A DNA stretch of 59,809 bases, taken from IMG/VR virus record IMGVR_UViG_3300032227_000277, positions 1-59,809 of that record. The stretch is one strand, 5' to 3'. This stretch comes from a virus. Taxonomy: Duplodnaviria; Caudoviricetes. Below the pieces are notes generated by a model. It had not been told where the DNA came from, searched no databases, and saw nothing but the letters and a program-made list of their open reading frames with translations. A program made the translations under genes and the position numbers. How positions within the stretch are numbered: position 1 is the stretch's first letter; each line of letters begins with the position of its first letter. This document shows, one piece after another, positions 46,963-55,933 of the stretch.

Positions 46963-47001
46963 AAAAGAAGAAACCACCACCCCTTTCGGAGCGGTGGTTC
47001 T
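46963..47001 (-). terminator. Intrinsic terminator after capsid gene
   Basis: GAACCACCGCTCC-GAAA-GGGGTGGTGGTTTC then TTCTTTT. Confidence 0.8.
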
Positions 47002-47060
47002 GCTATCCGCATCAGCAAGGTCGGCAAACGCCTACTGACGAGAAATGTAAGCTACAAGCC

Positions 47061-48794
47061 TCACGCAGCCGTGTTGTTGTAGCCGAGGCACACAAGCGGA
47101 AGCGAGGTGCTGGGCGTTTCCATCGGCGTGAACGCACGGCGGAAGCTGGCGATGACGTAGTTGACCTGCTGCATCTTGTCAACGTCCACCTCAAGGGTGA
47201 ATCCGCGACGAACGCCAACCATCCACGAGGGGCGGTGAACGAGCAGAAGCGAACCCTTGGTCGTGGTGGAGCCGTCATAGACACCGGAGGCGTTGAGGTC
47301 TTCGCGAAGTTGCGCGGAAACCACGATGCGGATGCCGAAGATCGAGGCGGCTTCACCAGTGAGAATGCGAGCGGCAGCAGCCGAACCCACTTTTTCGAAG
47401 GTGAGGGTTTCGTCAAGACCAACGAGATCGTTGTAGGCTTGGGGACCAGCGATGAGGATGAGGTCGCGGGGACGCACACCGTATTTCTGCATCAGCTTCC
47501 GCATCGCCTTGATGTTGGAGGCGTTGATGTTGCCCGTGCTGAGATCCTTTTTGATGGACCCAGCAAGCGCATACTTGCGGAAACCCTTGAAGAGTTTCGC
47601 GTGGTGGTTGGTCACGGCGTGGTAATCCGAGTGCTGGTGAGTAGCAGTCGTATCACCCTCGATGAGGGCGCTTTCGAAGGCTTCAGCAGCACCAGCGGAC
47701 AGACCGTCAGTGAGCATCGGAAGAACGGCAACGATGGAGTCCTCGTCGGCTTCGTAGCTATAATCGGACATACCGATCAGCTTCTTGGCGTCAAGGGTGA
47801 TGTTCGCCGTGCCGGGATTGCTCGCGCCGGGGTTGCTACCGGGATTCTCAGCACCAACCTTGAAGACAGGGCGGGTGGTGGTCATCGGGAACTTGAACGG
47901 ATCGGTCGGCATCTGAATTTCCGAAGCCATCATTTCCATAGCGAGGTCGGAATTGAGATACATGCGCTCTTGGAGAAGCGAGGAGAGGTCCGTGAAGACC
48001 AACTCCGCACCTTCGCCCGAGCCACCCGTGGTGAGCGTCTTGCCCCCCAGCACGACGGAATCGCGGAGGCTCTTGAGGCGAGCGGAACCACGAGTCTGAG
48101 CGTTGCTGAGTTGTTCGGCGGTGATGCCATCGTTGATGCCAGTGGGGATCGAACCACCGGATTTGATGGTCGAAGCCTTGGCGTCCGCGCTGACGTTCAT
48201 CAAGCAGATGTTGAGCAACTGCTTCTCAGCAACCGAGAGGTTACCGGAGCGATGCTCGACAGGGCGAGCACCCTTTCCGCTTTCGGGGAACTGGTTGGCA
48301 CGGGGAGCCTTGACGGAGGCGGCGAACTTGTCGAGAAGCTTCTCAAACTGCTTCTCGGTGATCGAACCTTCGGTGCGCTGGGCGGAGATGGTGTCGCGGA
48401 TCGTTTTGACGAGGGCTTCCTTGTCGATTCCGTTGCCACCAAGGTGCTTGGTGATGACAGCTTCGATCTCATCGACCGTGACGGTCTTCTGAGCCTTGAT
48501 CGCGCCAGTGATTTCTTCCACGAGCTTGTTGGAATCAATGCCGCTTTCGGAGGTGGCGTCCTTGACAGCCTTCACGACGATGTCGCTAAGTTCTTCGGGA
48601 GTGAGCGCACCGTCGTTGGCGGTTTCTTCGGGATCGGGGGCGTAAGCCTTGACGATCTCATCGACGTTCTCGTTTGCGTTGTTCGCCTTCGTTTCGAGGG
48701 CGACCATTTCGGACTTTTCGGTGTCCGTGATTTTGTCGGCACTGATCGACTTCAGATGTGCCAACCGGAGTTTTTCCTTGAGGGTCAGTTTCAT
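47061..48794 (-). CDS. Major capsid protein, HK97 fold with long N-terminal scaffold domain
   Basis: GEGAELV, ITLDAKKL, SYEADEDS, ALIEGD, SIFGIRIVVS; strong codon bias. Confidence 0.92.
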   Translation of the reverse strand: MKLTLKEKLRLAHLKSISADKITDTEKSEMVALETKANNANENVDEIVKAYAPDPEETANDGALTPEELSDIVVKAVKDATSESGIDSNKLVEEITGAIKAQKTVTVDEIEAVITKHLGGNGIDKEALVKTIRDTISAQRTEGSITEKQFEKLLDKFAASVKAPRANQFPESGKGARPVEHRSGNLSVAEKQLLNICLMNVSADAKASTIKSGGSIPTGINDGITAEQLSNAQTRGSARLKSLRDSVVLGGKTLTTGGSGEGAELVFTDLSSLLQERMYLNSDLAMEMMASEIQMPTDPFKFPMTTTRPVFKVGAENPGSNPGASNPGTANITLDAKKLIGMSDYSYEADEDSIVAVLPMLTDGLSAGAAEAFESALIEGDTTATHQHSDYHAVTNHHAKLFKGFRKYALAGSIKKDLSTGNINASNIKAMRKLMQKYGVRPRDLILIAGPQAYNDLVGLDETLTFEKVGSAAAARILTGEAASIFGIRIVVSAQLREDLNASGVYDGSTTTKGSLLLVHRPSWMVGVRRGFTLEVDVDKMQQVNYVIASFRRAFTPMETPSTSLPLVCLGYNNTAA

Positions 48795-48880
48795 GGTATT
48801 GTCTTTGGTATTGGTTGGGCTTTCTGCTGATCGACCGAGCCGATATGCGGCACGACACTTTAGGAGAAAAGATGTTTCAA

Positions 48881-48909
48881 AAAGTATGTGGAAAACTAGA
48901 GATCGTCAA
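48881..48909 (-). promoter_or_regulatory. Candidate capsid promoter TTGACG-N17-TACTTT
   Basis: Intergenic, upstream of MCP. Confidence 0.45.
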
Positions 48910-48925
48910 GTGTTTCTAATCACTT

Positions 48926-49930
48926 CTACTTGAGAAGCATTCCGTGAAGATTTCCTGCCAAGGAGCGACCTTGCCAGATGGGAATATTCAAGTGCAGGAA
49001 CTCACCTGACTCGTCAACGATCTGGACGGCATAGCCATGTGACCAGTCGGACGGGTTGGAGTGCATATAGAGTTTCTGCCGCTGACATAGACAGCCGGGA
49101 TTCCACCCCTTCACTAATCCCACGTTAGGTAGGACTCGCGTGGCCGAATCCTCTCGATGGGTATGCCCAAACACCACATTACCAGCAGTTCTAGAAACGG
49201 AATCGGCTGCGGCATTCTTGGATTTACCCAACTCGTGAACAAAGTAGATGTTGCCCATCTTCACCCAGCCGGGAGGGAAACCGGGGATATGCACCTCTGA
49301 TCTCCTATAGAAGGAGATTCCGCGCCTAGACAGATTCAGAAGCGCATCTGGCGAGAGGATGGTTCTAAGGAACTCACCGTCTCTAGTATTTGAACGCACT
49401 TGGTCAACGATCCACCGCTCGACCCTGTCCTCATGGTTGCCCTCCAAATAATGGATCTGAGCGTCAGGGGCGATTGCTTGGATCTGGTCAAGAAACCAGT
49501 TACCCGCCGCAATATCGTCTTGGAAACTATACTCAGTCTCGGCAACGTATCCAAGAACATGGTGCTGGGCAGCAAACCCGCCGCAATCTACCATATCTCC
49601 AAGAAGAACGATTTCCTGCGGCTTCCACCTAGAGAGATCGTCAAGGAACGCCTCAACTGCTGCTCTATCCATTCGCGATCCGTGCAAGTCTCCGCAGATC
49701 ACGCGAATAGTTCCGTTATCACCACTTTTCTTACTAGCCTTCGTTGGCTTTACCGGATCGGGGGTCTTGGCTTCAACAAGATCGGAGTATTGCATGAGCA
49801 ACTCATCACGATCTTTTCGAAGGGCGGAGAGTTCCTTCTTGGCTTTCGCCAACTCGGCTCGGGCGCGAAGCACCTCTGCCATTGACTCGTCAGAAGAAAC
49901 ACGGCGTGCGGAGAGATCGACTTCTTTCAT
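48926..49930 (-). CDS. Calcineurin-like metallophosphoesterase with N-terminal coiled coil
   Basis: GDLHG, GDMVD, GNHEDR, FVH, GHTHR. Confidence 0.9.
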   Translation of the reverse strand: MKEVDLSARRVSSDESMAEVLRARAELAKAKKELSALRKDRDELLMQYSDLVEAKTPDPVKPTKASKKSGDNGTIRVICGDLHGSRMDRAAVEAFLDDLSRWKPQEIVLLGDMVDCGGFAAQHHVLGYVAETEYSFQDDIAAGNWFLDQIQAIAPDAQIHYLEGNHEDRVERWIVDQVRSNTRDGEFLRTILSPDALLNLSRRGISFYRRSEVHIPGFPPGWVKMGNIYFVHELGKSKNAAADSVSRTAGNVVFGHTHREDSATRVLPNVGLVKGWNPGCLCQRQKLYMHSNPSDWSHGYAVQIVDESGEFLHLNIPIWQGRSLAGNLHGMLLK

Positions 49931-50385
49931 ATGTGGAACTGTTTAGCAGTTTCGGGGTTCATCACCATAGGCTTCCAATCGTCGGCTTCTACCTCAACGA
50001 ATTTAAGACAGCCCAAATCTCTGGCGTGCTTGCGAATCGTTTCCTCGCTCATCCCCCAAGCCTTCGCCAAATCGGAGGTTGCGTAGGCTTTTCCGTTTGC
50101 CAGCTTACGAAGATACTTCGCGGCAGACTCCGCTGGTCGTCTGGAAAGAACTGAGCGATTACTGAGTGAGATTCCAGCGATCTTGAAGGAGGGTGACTCA
50201 GCCGCTTCCTCTACACTATCTTTGCGACTAGCCGTTTTTGAAGTGGACGGAGCACCCTTGCCCATCGCGACCCTAACGCGTTCGACATCGACAGTTGAAA
50301 CTCCCTTGAAGTTCTTAGCGATCTCCCAGTTTTTCCTGTCGGGATTTCGTCGGATACTATCTGCGATTCGGTCGTCTAAGGTCAT
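49927..50385 (-). CDS. Two-HTH DNA-binding protein
   Basis: KNWEIAKNFKGVSTVDVERVR and TSDLAKAWGMSEETIRKHA; ATGA coupled to phosphoesterase. Confidence 0.65.
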   Translation of the reverse strand: MTLDDRIADSIRRNPDRKNWEIAKNFKGVSTVDVERVRVAMGKGAPSTSKTASRKDSVEEAAESPSFKIAGISLSNRSVLSRRPAESAAKYLRKLANGKAYATSDLAKAWGMSEETIRKHARDLGCLKFVEVEADDWKPMVMNPETAKQFHI

Positions 50386-50391
50386 GGCTTT

Positions 50392-51615
50392 TTAGGTATC
50401 AGGGGTGTCTAGTCGTTCCACTAAGCGTTCAGCGTATGACTGAGCACGCATAGCTGTCTCTTTAGAAGAACCACCTCCCCAGAGGAGCATGGCGACTAGA
50501 CCGGGAGTGATTTCTTCCCCGTCAACTGCGTCAAGGTCTCCGATGTGCCTCGCGATCCAAGGGCCGATTCTGCGCCACTTGTCTTCGCTCAGTGCGTCAC
50601 CGTTAGCCATTCTAGTTGCGTCAGCAACTGTGGCTGGTTTCAAACCTTCACCGGAGTAGCCCTCTTCATGCAGGGTGAGACCACGCCGAGCCGATGCTGC
50701 CATAAAGGATGGCGCGACCAGCGAGGGCGGAGCTTTTTCTCCAAGCAAACTCTTTTCACAGCGACGAAGCTCGCCACCGTTCAGCGACTTGTAGCGTTGG
50801 AACGCCTTCGCCGCGACATCCTCGGTGATGGAACGAACATTGAAACTTGCGTCGGGATTTGCTGGAATCACTACCAGCGAAGTTTCGTGCAATTCGATCT
50901 CCTCGATGCCCTTGTAGTCATCCATGTAGTAGAAGAACCCACCGATACTGAGGGTCTTCAAGGCTTTCTCCATGATTTGAAAGCGGACATGGACTGCGTC
51001 AGGATGGGGGGAGTTGGTGACTACACCGCGCAAAGCCAGACCCCGACTGTTGACCGAAACCTTGTCATACTTGCCCATCAGATTTTTTACGGAACGCGTA
51101 TGGTCCGTAAGCATGACAGGGTTCTCCATAAACTGACGAAGCGTGCGGTCGAAGGCTCCCTGCATGATATAGTCGCCGTCTCGATCAGCCGGGGTCACGT
51201 TCTTAAACGTGGAGCCGTAGCCCTCAAAGGTGACATCCTGATAGTCCACGATGAGTCCATCGTTCTTGATCTCCATCGCAGCCTTAGTGGTTTCAAGCGG
51301 ATCACGCGTTTCGAACGCCTTCACGTTTCTATCGGCTCGATAATGAACGTCGATTAGGTCCAGTTGATCCACGGGGACGATGAACGCCGCATCCTTAGCG
51401 ACATAGAGAATGCCGTCAGGGTTGGGGATAGCGGGAGAGACCGTGGCGATCCCTCCATTCAATTCACGGACTAGGCCAATAACGTCCACGGCGTCTTCAC
51501 CAGAGCCGACACGGTAGCGAACCGTCTTTCCGATAATCGACGGAATGACCACCGAAGCTTGGGATTTTGTCGTCTGAGTAATCCCGGCACGCTTGATCTT
51601 GATGAACTTCGCCAT
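50392..51615 (-). CDS. HK97-family prohead protease with extra N- and C-terminal domains
   Basis: EGYGSTF, DRDGDYI..GAF, LTDH, LSIGG, ETSLVVIPANPDA. Confidence 0.9.
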   Translation of the reverse strand: MAKFIKIKRAGITQTTKSQASVVIPSIIGKTVRYRVGSGEDAVDVIGLVRELNGGIATVSPAIPNPDGILYVAKDAAFIVPVDQLDLIDVHYRADRNVKAFETRDPLETTKAAMEIKNDGLIVDYQDVTFEGYGSTFKNVTPADRDGDYIMQGAFDRTLRQFMENPVMLTDHTRSVKNLMGKYDKVSVNSRGLALRGVVTNSPHPDAVHVRFQIMEKALKTLSIGGFFYYMDDYKGIEEIELHETSLVVIPANPDASFNVRSITEDVAAKAFQRYKSLNGGELRRCEKSLLGEKAPPSLVAPSFMAASARRGLTLHEEGYSGEGLKPATVADATRMANGDALSEDKWRRIGPWIARHIGDLDAVDGEEITPGLVAMLLWGGGSSKETAMRAQSYAERLVERLDTPDT

Positions 51616-51655
51616 ATGACAATTCTACCACTAGCGAAAACTACCGCAACTGATA

Positions 51656-51671
51656 TTGCACGAGCGTGCAA
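51656..51671. repeat. Dispersed palindrome copy 15
   Basis: TTGCACGAGCGTGCAA. Confidence 0.9.
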
Positions 51672-51674
51672 ACC

Positions 51675-52616
51675 TCAGCTTCCAGCCGTCAACTGAAGAC
51701 TCGGAGACAGCCCGTTACTGTCAGTAATCCCGCTTACAGCAAAAAAGCCAGTGTGGTTCGGATGGAACTCTAAGCTATCCACGTCACTAGCCGGGACGTT
51801 TTGGATATTACACGTCGGCAAGCCACGATAAAAGTGCGGTCCTTTCCACTCCACGAACATGCAACCGACCACACTTATATGGGAGACTACTGGGCTGCGC
51901 CTTGCAGCTACCGCAACGCCTACGTTGGTAGCCCTGACAGCTTCCGTTCTAGCGATAACCCCGCTTCGACCTTTGGCAATCTGTGTAGCCTTCTGGCGAA
52001 CAAGCTTGAGCGTATCTTGAAAGCTCTTTCCAGCCTTGATCGCACTCTCTACCGCAGTCCTGACTGCACTCTTAGTTGTTTCCCAGATTCCTGCTAGAAG
52101 CGGCGTGTGGGAGGCAGAGCGTGAGGCGACTTCCGATATAATGGAGGGTCGCACCTCCGTTTGCAGGATTTCAGCAGCCGCCCTAAAGGCACGCGCACTC
52201 ACCTCGTTGTGCATTGACTGTAGATGCAGGATATTCTCAAGCCTCGGACCACGCTCGCTAGACTCTAGCCCGTTCTCCCACAAAGCACGCATTACCTCTG
52301 GGGGTAGGTGATGCCCTTCCGGTGCTTTACTCACGGCTCGTTGCCCGTAGACGGCTCGATAGGTTCGTTCAACGGACTCGCAGACCGAAAGAACATAGCC
52401 CTCTAGAGTCTGCTCGACCGGAGACGCCACCAGTCGAACCGCTTCCGCACGATAAAGAACTTGGAGTAGACGAAGTGACTCATTCGCCTCTTGGACCCTC
52501 AAAGACTTCCCGCGTTGCTGATAGTGACGGACTATCGCATAAGCGACGGCGTCTGGTTCCGCCCCGGCGCTGACATATGTAGAAGACGCGATGTTTCCCG
52601 GTGTCTTCATGGTCAA
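51675..52616 (-). CDS. Head morphogenesis protein (Mu gpF/SPP1 gp7-like)
   Basis: ETTK...VIARTEAVRATN...HPNH; follows portal. Confidence 0.75.
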   Translation of the reverse strand: MTMKTPGNIASSTYVSAGAEPDAVAYAIVRHYQQRGKSLRVQEANESLRLLQVLYRAEAVRLVASPVEQTLEGYVLSVCESVERTYRAVYGQRAVSKAPEGHHLPPEVMRALWENGLESSERGPRLENILHLQSMHNEVSARAFRAAAEILQTEVRPSIISEVASRSASHTPLLAGIWETTKSAVRTAVESAIKAGKSFQDTLKLVRQKATQIAKGRSGVIARTEAVRATNVGVAVAARRSPVVSHISVVGCMFVEWKGPHFYRGLPTCNIQNVPASDVDSLEFHPNHTGFFAVSGITDSNGLSPSLQLTAGS

Positions 52617-54094
52617 CGCCTACGCTTTTTCGGTTTGGCTGGATAGGACTTAGCGACCTGTGACTGCGTTCCTCGGACGGTCAGGCTCCTCTGATTTACG
52701 TCGTCCGATGGGCTTTCACTCTGGATTTCCCCGGTGATGTCCTCAACGTCTCCACCAACCGTTTCTCCGTAGGCGCGAAGCATGTCCTCATTGGAGAGAT
52801 TAGCCAAACCTGCAAGCTCGATTGGGATGGTGTTGACCATAACCATGATCTGATCCATGTGCGGATTCTCGACTCGACGGAATCCAATCAACTCGCGAAA
52901 CTCATTGCGTGTAATAACCCCTTCGCGGAGAAGCGGAAGGTGCGCCTTGGTGATCTGCTCGGTATCAATGACTCCGTAGAGTTCGTAGACCAACTTGAAG
53001 GAGGGATTGACCTTCTGAATAAACCCGTCCGCGTTGATCTTACCAACGATGATGTCGATGAGGGGGACGATCTTGTAGCGACGGAAATTGATCTCATCCT
53101 GCTTGGCAGTTGCGTAGTTCGCCGCACCTTGCACGCCAGCGATAGAAAGCGGCACGCCGTGATTGAGGAAAATCTGCTCAACGGTCCACTTGGACTCCTC
53201 CAAGGACTGCATTTCAGACATCGTGAGACCTAGCTTGTGATAGGACCACTTGCCGTTGAGGAACGCGACTTTTCCTGAGTTCTTTTTGCCAGCATATTCG
53301 GCATGGAACTTTCTGCGGAGTTTTTCCCACTCCACTTCGTCAGAAACCGATCCATCGTCCAAGGTCATAACCCCAGAAGGCTGCGCCCCGTTCTCCTTGA
53401 ACTTTAAGCGGATTTCCGTTTGAGCCATTGCATCGCGATAGAGGTCTTCGCCAGACTCCATACTACCAAGACCAGCGATCAGGTCAGAGGGATTGGTGTA
53501 TCGGAAATGGATGATCTGCTCCGGTTCAAATTTAAGCTCTTTACCGTTTACCGTGTAGACGAATGCCGAAATCTTTTCATCCAGCGAAGGAATCCACTTC
53601 ACGTTTTGAGGGAGCAAGGGGAAAAGGGCGGATGGTCTACCGACAAGGTCGCTCTCGTCCTTCAGCCAATAGGCATTACCAGTGAACTCCAAATGAGCCA
53701 CCGTCATGTCGATTAGCTCTTCCCAAGTATCGTAGGGGTTCGGCTTGGTAAGAAACCTGCCCTTGGCGAACGCAACGGTATCAGGATCGCGAGGAGTAGG
53801 CTCGACCTTGAGCGAATCATCAGCCGCCGTTGCATCCACTACTTTGAAGTTGGCGGAGATGGCTGTGGCGGAAATGAGTCGAACGGCACGCATTGCCGCC
53901 CAGACTTTCTTCGACCCAGCGTTTACATAGCTGGAGTAGTCCGTGAACTTGTGGATAGGAACACCGATGCGGTATTCGATAAACTCGCGACTCTTCTCGT
54001 CAGGGAGGCGAGAAAGCATAGCCGCTTCTGCCGGGGAGAGTGAGTTGACTTTCGATTTCTTCGAAAATCCAAGAAGGCTAAGAAGGCTTGGCAT
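52613..54094 (-). CDS. HK97-family portal protein
   Basis: KPNPY, GNAYW, IIHFR, NGAQPSGV, GVP, ITRNEFR; probable ATG 54094. Confidence 0.93.
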   Translation of the reverse strand: MPSLLSLLGFSKKSKVNSLSPAEAAMLSRLPDEKSREFIEYRIGVPIHKFTDYSSYVNAGSKKVWAAMRAVRLISATAISANFKVVDATAADDSLKVEPTPRDPDTVAFAKGRFLTKPNPYDTWEELIDMTVAHLEFTGNAYWLKDESDLVGRPSALFPLLPQNVKWIPSLDEKISAFVYTVNGKELKFEPEQIIHFRYTNPSDLIAGLGSMESGEDLYRDAMAQTEIRLKFKENGAQPSGVMTLDDGSVSDEVEWEKLRRKFHAEYAGKKNSGKVAFLNGKWSYHKLGLTMSEMQSLEESKWTVEQIFLNHGVPLSIAGVQGAANYATAKQDEINFRRYKIVPLIDIIVGKINADGFIQKVNPSFKLVYELYGVIDTEQITKAHLPLLREGVITRNEFRELIGFRRVENPHMDQIMVMVNTIPIELAGLANLSNEDMLRAYGETVGGDVEDITGEIQSESPSDDVNQRSLTVRGTQSQVAKSYPAKPKKRRR

Positions 54095-54122
54095 GACTGT
54101 GGAGCGGTTTGCTTTGTGCAGC

Positions 54123-54965
54123 TTACTCCTCAGCACTACTTGTGTCAATCACCTCAAGCTCTTGATCTATGGTGGACGGCTTCTGCCTTTTTCTCTTCGC
54201 ACGAACGTGCAAAACACCGTCATCTTGAACTTCTTCGATTACTTCGTCTTGCTGGGGCTGCGGGGCTTCGTCTTGATCGGAAAGCTGATTACCTCCGATT
54301 AGCCCCGAAAACCTTACGTCATTCTGCATACAACGCTTGCAGTAGCCCTCAACGAGGCGAACGGCGAATGGATCGAGCGACCAGACCTTTAGCTTTTGAA
54401 ACAGGGCGTAGTCCTCTGCATATACAACTTTGACTAGCGGCGAGTCCCCTCGCCCACGGAGTGCCTTGAACTGCGGGTTAGACCTGAGATTGTTCTTTCG
54501 GAGACAGCATTTTCCAACGACCCGATTGAAGTATTCTGCGATGTCTCGCGTTGCTAAAACCAAGTCGAACTTCGCCGTGAGCCACCTGCTCTGAGGAAGA
54601 AAGAACTCTGGGGCGAGTTCGATGGACTCTCTGAGAAACTGAAGAACTGCTTCGGCCTTATCCACAGCCTTGCTATCAAGGTTCTCCTCAAGAACGGCGT
54701 TGAACTCGGGCGTGAATGAATTGGAACCTGCTTGAAGAAACGCTAGTGTAAGCGCACTTTCAAAGCGTTCTCTAGGGTCACGGACTAGAACGACCTTTTT
54801 TGCAGCGACCCATGCTTCTCGCGAGATAGCGGAGCGTGCGCTAGTGGGTCTGGCATACTTTGCCATTCCAAGAGTTTCCGAAAGGCCCATAGCCGAAGCG
54901 AAGGACTCGTTTCCGGTCAGCGGGTTTTCGATCAGAATAATGGACTGGTCCTTATTAGTTCTCAT
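54123..54965 (-). CDS. Sulfotransferase-fold protein (Sulfotransfer_2-like, possibly degenerate)
   Basis: LVRDPRERFESA, FLPQS, VYAEDYALF; 5'-PSB reads NPLTGNES. Confidence 0.6.
   Translation of the reverse strand: MRTNKDQSIILIENPLTGNESFASAMGLSETLGMAKYARPTSARSAISREAWVAAKKVVLVRDPRERFESALTLAFLQAGSNSFTPEFNAVLEENLDSKAVDKAEAVLQFLRESIELAPEFFLPQSRWLTAKFDLVLATRDIAEYFNRVVGKCCLRKNNLRSNPQFKALRGRGDSPLVKVVYAEDYALFQKLKVWSLDPFAVRLVEGYCKRCMQNDVRFSGLIGGNQLSDQDEAPQPQQDEVIEEVQDDGVLHVRAKRKRQKPSTIDQELEVIDTSSAEE
54197..54212. repeat. Dispersed palindrome copy 16 (one mismatch, intragenic)
   Basis: TCGCACGAACGTGCAA. Confidence 0.7.
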
Positions 54966-55000
54966 GGGCAAATTATAGCTGACCTAGGTGATCCCAGCAA

Positions 55001-55927
55001 TCAATAACTCGGCAACGCCCTGTCCCGTATCATTCCATAGAGGACTTGCCATGCGAGTCTGTCCACTGCTGGAACTTGAGCGTTTCCAATGGCTTTAAGT
55101 CTGTCCACCCTAGCGGGAACCCGATCAGCCACTCTCCCCACATCGGGTTCACTGGACCACCAGCGATTACATTCAACGGATATGTGTTTCTGCGAAACTG
55201 TGCTGGACCTGCGTTGTTCTCGGAGTCTTGAACTGTCGGGGTAGGCAACAAGTCCCCAATCTTCCGCGACAACGCGATAACCTTCGTTGAAATGTGACCT
55301 TGGGCAAGAACATCCCGAATAATCTCCTCCGCAACCCGCGCAGACTGTCTTTCCACAGCATTCGCACTGCTCGCAGTCACTCTCAAGGACCAGCGGCGTC
55401 CATTCCCGGAACGCGAGAACGAATGTCCGCTTTCGTAGATGGGGCGCACCCAAGTCGGACGCATAGAAGTCACCACTTCTGCAACTGTATCCTGCTTTGG
55501 CGAGGGATTTCCACAAGACATCGAGTCCCTTTGATCTGAGGTTTTGGACGTTCTCGATGAAGACGAACCTAGGCTGCGCCTCCTTGACGATCCGGCACAT
55601 TTCGAACCACAAGCCACTCCTCTTACCCTCGATGCCCTTTCCATTCCACGCGACTGACAAGTCTTGGCACGGAAACCCGCCCGATATAACGTCAACAATT
55701 CCTCTATACGCCGTCGCTTCAAATGTTCGAACGTCATCCCAAATTGGGAAAGGCTCCAGAAATCCTTCATTTTGCCTAGCGACAAGAACCCCTGCGGCAT
55801 AGGGGTTGAGTTCAACAGCACAGACGGTTTTCCATCCGAGGAGTTTTCCTGCGAGCAATCCTCCACCCGCTCCAGCGAACAACGCGAGTTCTCTAAGCGG
55901 TCCACCAAAGCTTTGCTCAGTATCCAT
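55001..55927 (-). CDS. DNA cytosine-C5 methyltransferase, alpha-type chain
   Basis: LFAGAGG, GGFPCQ, RSGLW, IENV, PHLRKR, RLKAIGNAQVP; motif IX absent. Confidence 0.93.
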   Translation of the reverse strand: MDTEQSFGGPLRELALFAGAGGGLLAGKLLGWKTVCAVELNPYAAGVLVARQNEGFLEPFPIWDDVRTFEATAYRGIVDVISGGFPCQDLSVAWNGKGIEGKRSGLWFEMCRIVKEAQPRFVFIENVQNLRSKGLDVLWKSLAKAGYSCRSGDFYASDLGAPHLRKRTFVLAFREWTPLVLESDCEQCECCGKTVCAGCGGDYSGCSCPRSHFNEGYRVVAEDWGLVAYPDSSRLREQRRSSTVSQKHISVECNRWWSSEPDVGRVADRVPARVDRLKAIGNAQVPAVDRLAWQVLYGMIRDRALPSY

Positions 55928-55932
55928 CCCAT
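55030..55932 (-). CDS. Overlapping-frame ORF carrying C5-MTase motif IX (beta-type chain)
   Basis: LLPTPTVQD...VNPMWGEWLIGFPLGWT; ATG 1 nt after upstream stop. Confidence 0.7.
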   Translation of the reverse strand: MGWILSKALVDRLENSRCSLERVEDCSQENSSDGKPSVLLNSTPMPQGFLSLGKMKDFWSLSQFGMTFEHLKRRRIEELLTLYRAGFRAKTCQSRGMERASRVRGVACGSKCAGSSRRRSLGSSSSRTSKTSDQRDSMSCGNPSPKQDTVAEVVTSMRPTWVRPIYESGHSFSRSGNGRRWSLRVTASSANAVERQSARVAEEIIRDVLAQGHISTKVIALSRKIGDLLPTPTVQDSENNAGPAQFRRNTYPLNVIAGGPVNPMWGEWLIGFPLGWTDLKPLETLKFQQWTDSHGKSSME

Positions 55933-55933
55933 A

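Noticed and set aside
46941-48830. 629-aa plus-strand ORF
   Set aside because: Exact antisense shadow of the codon-biased capsid gene; no motifs; crosses a terminator.
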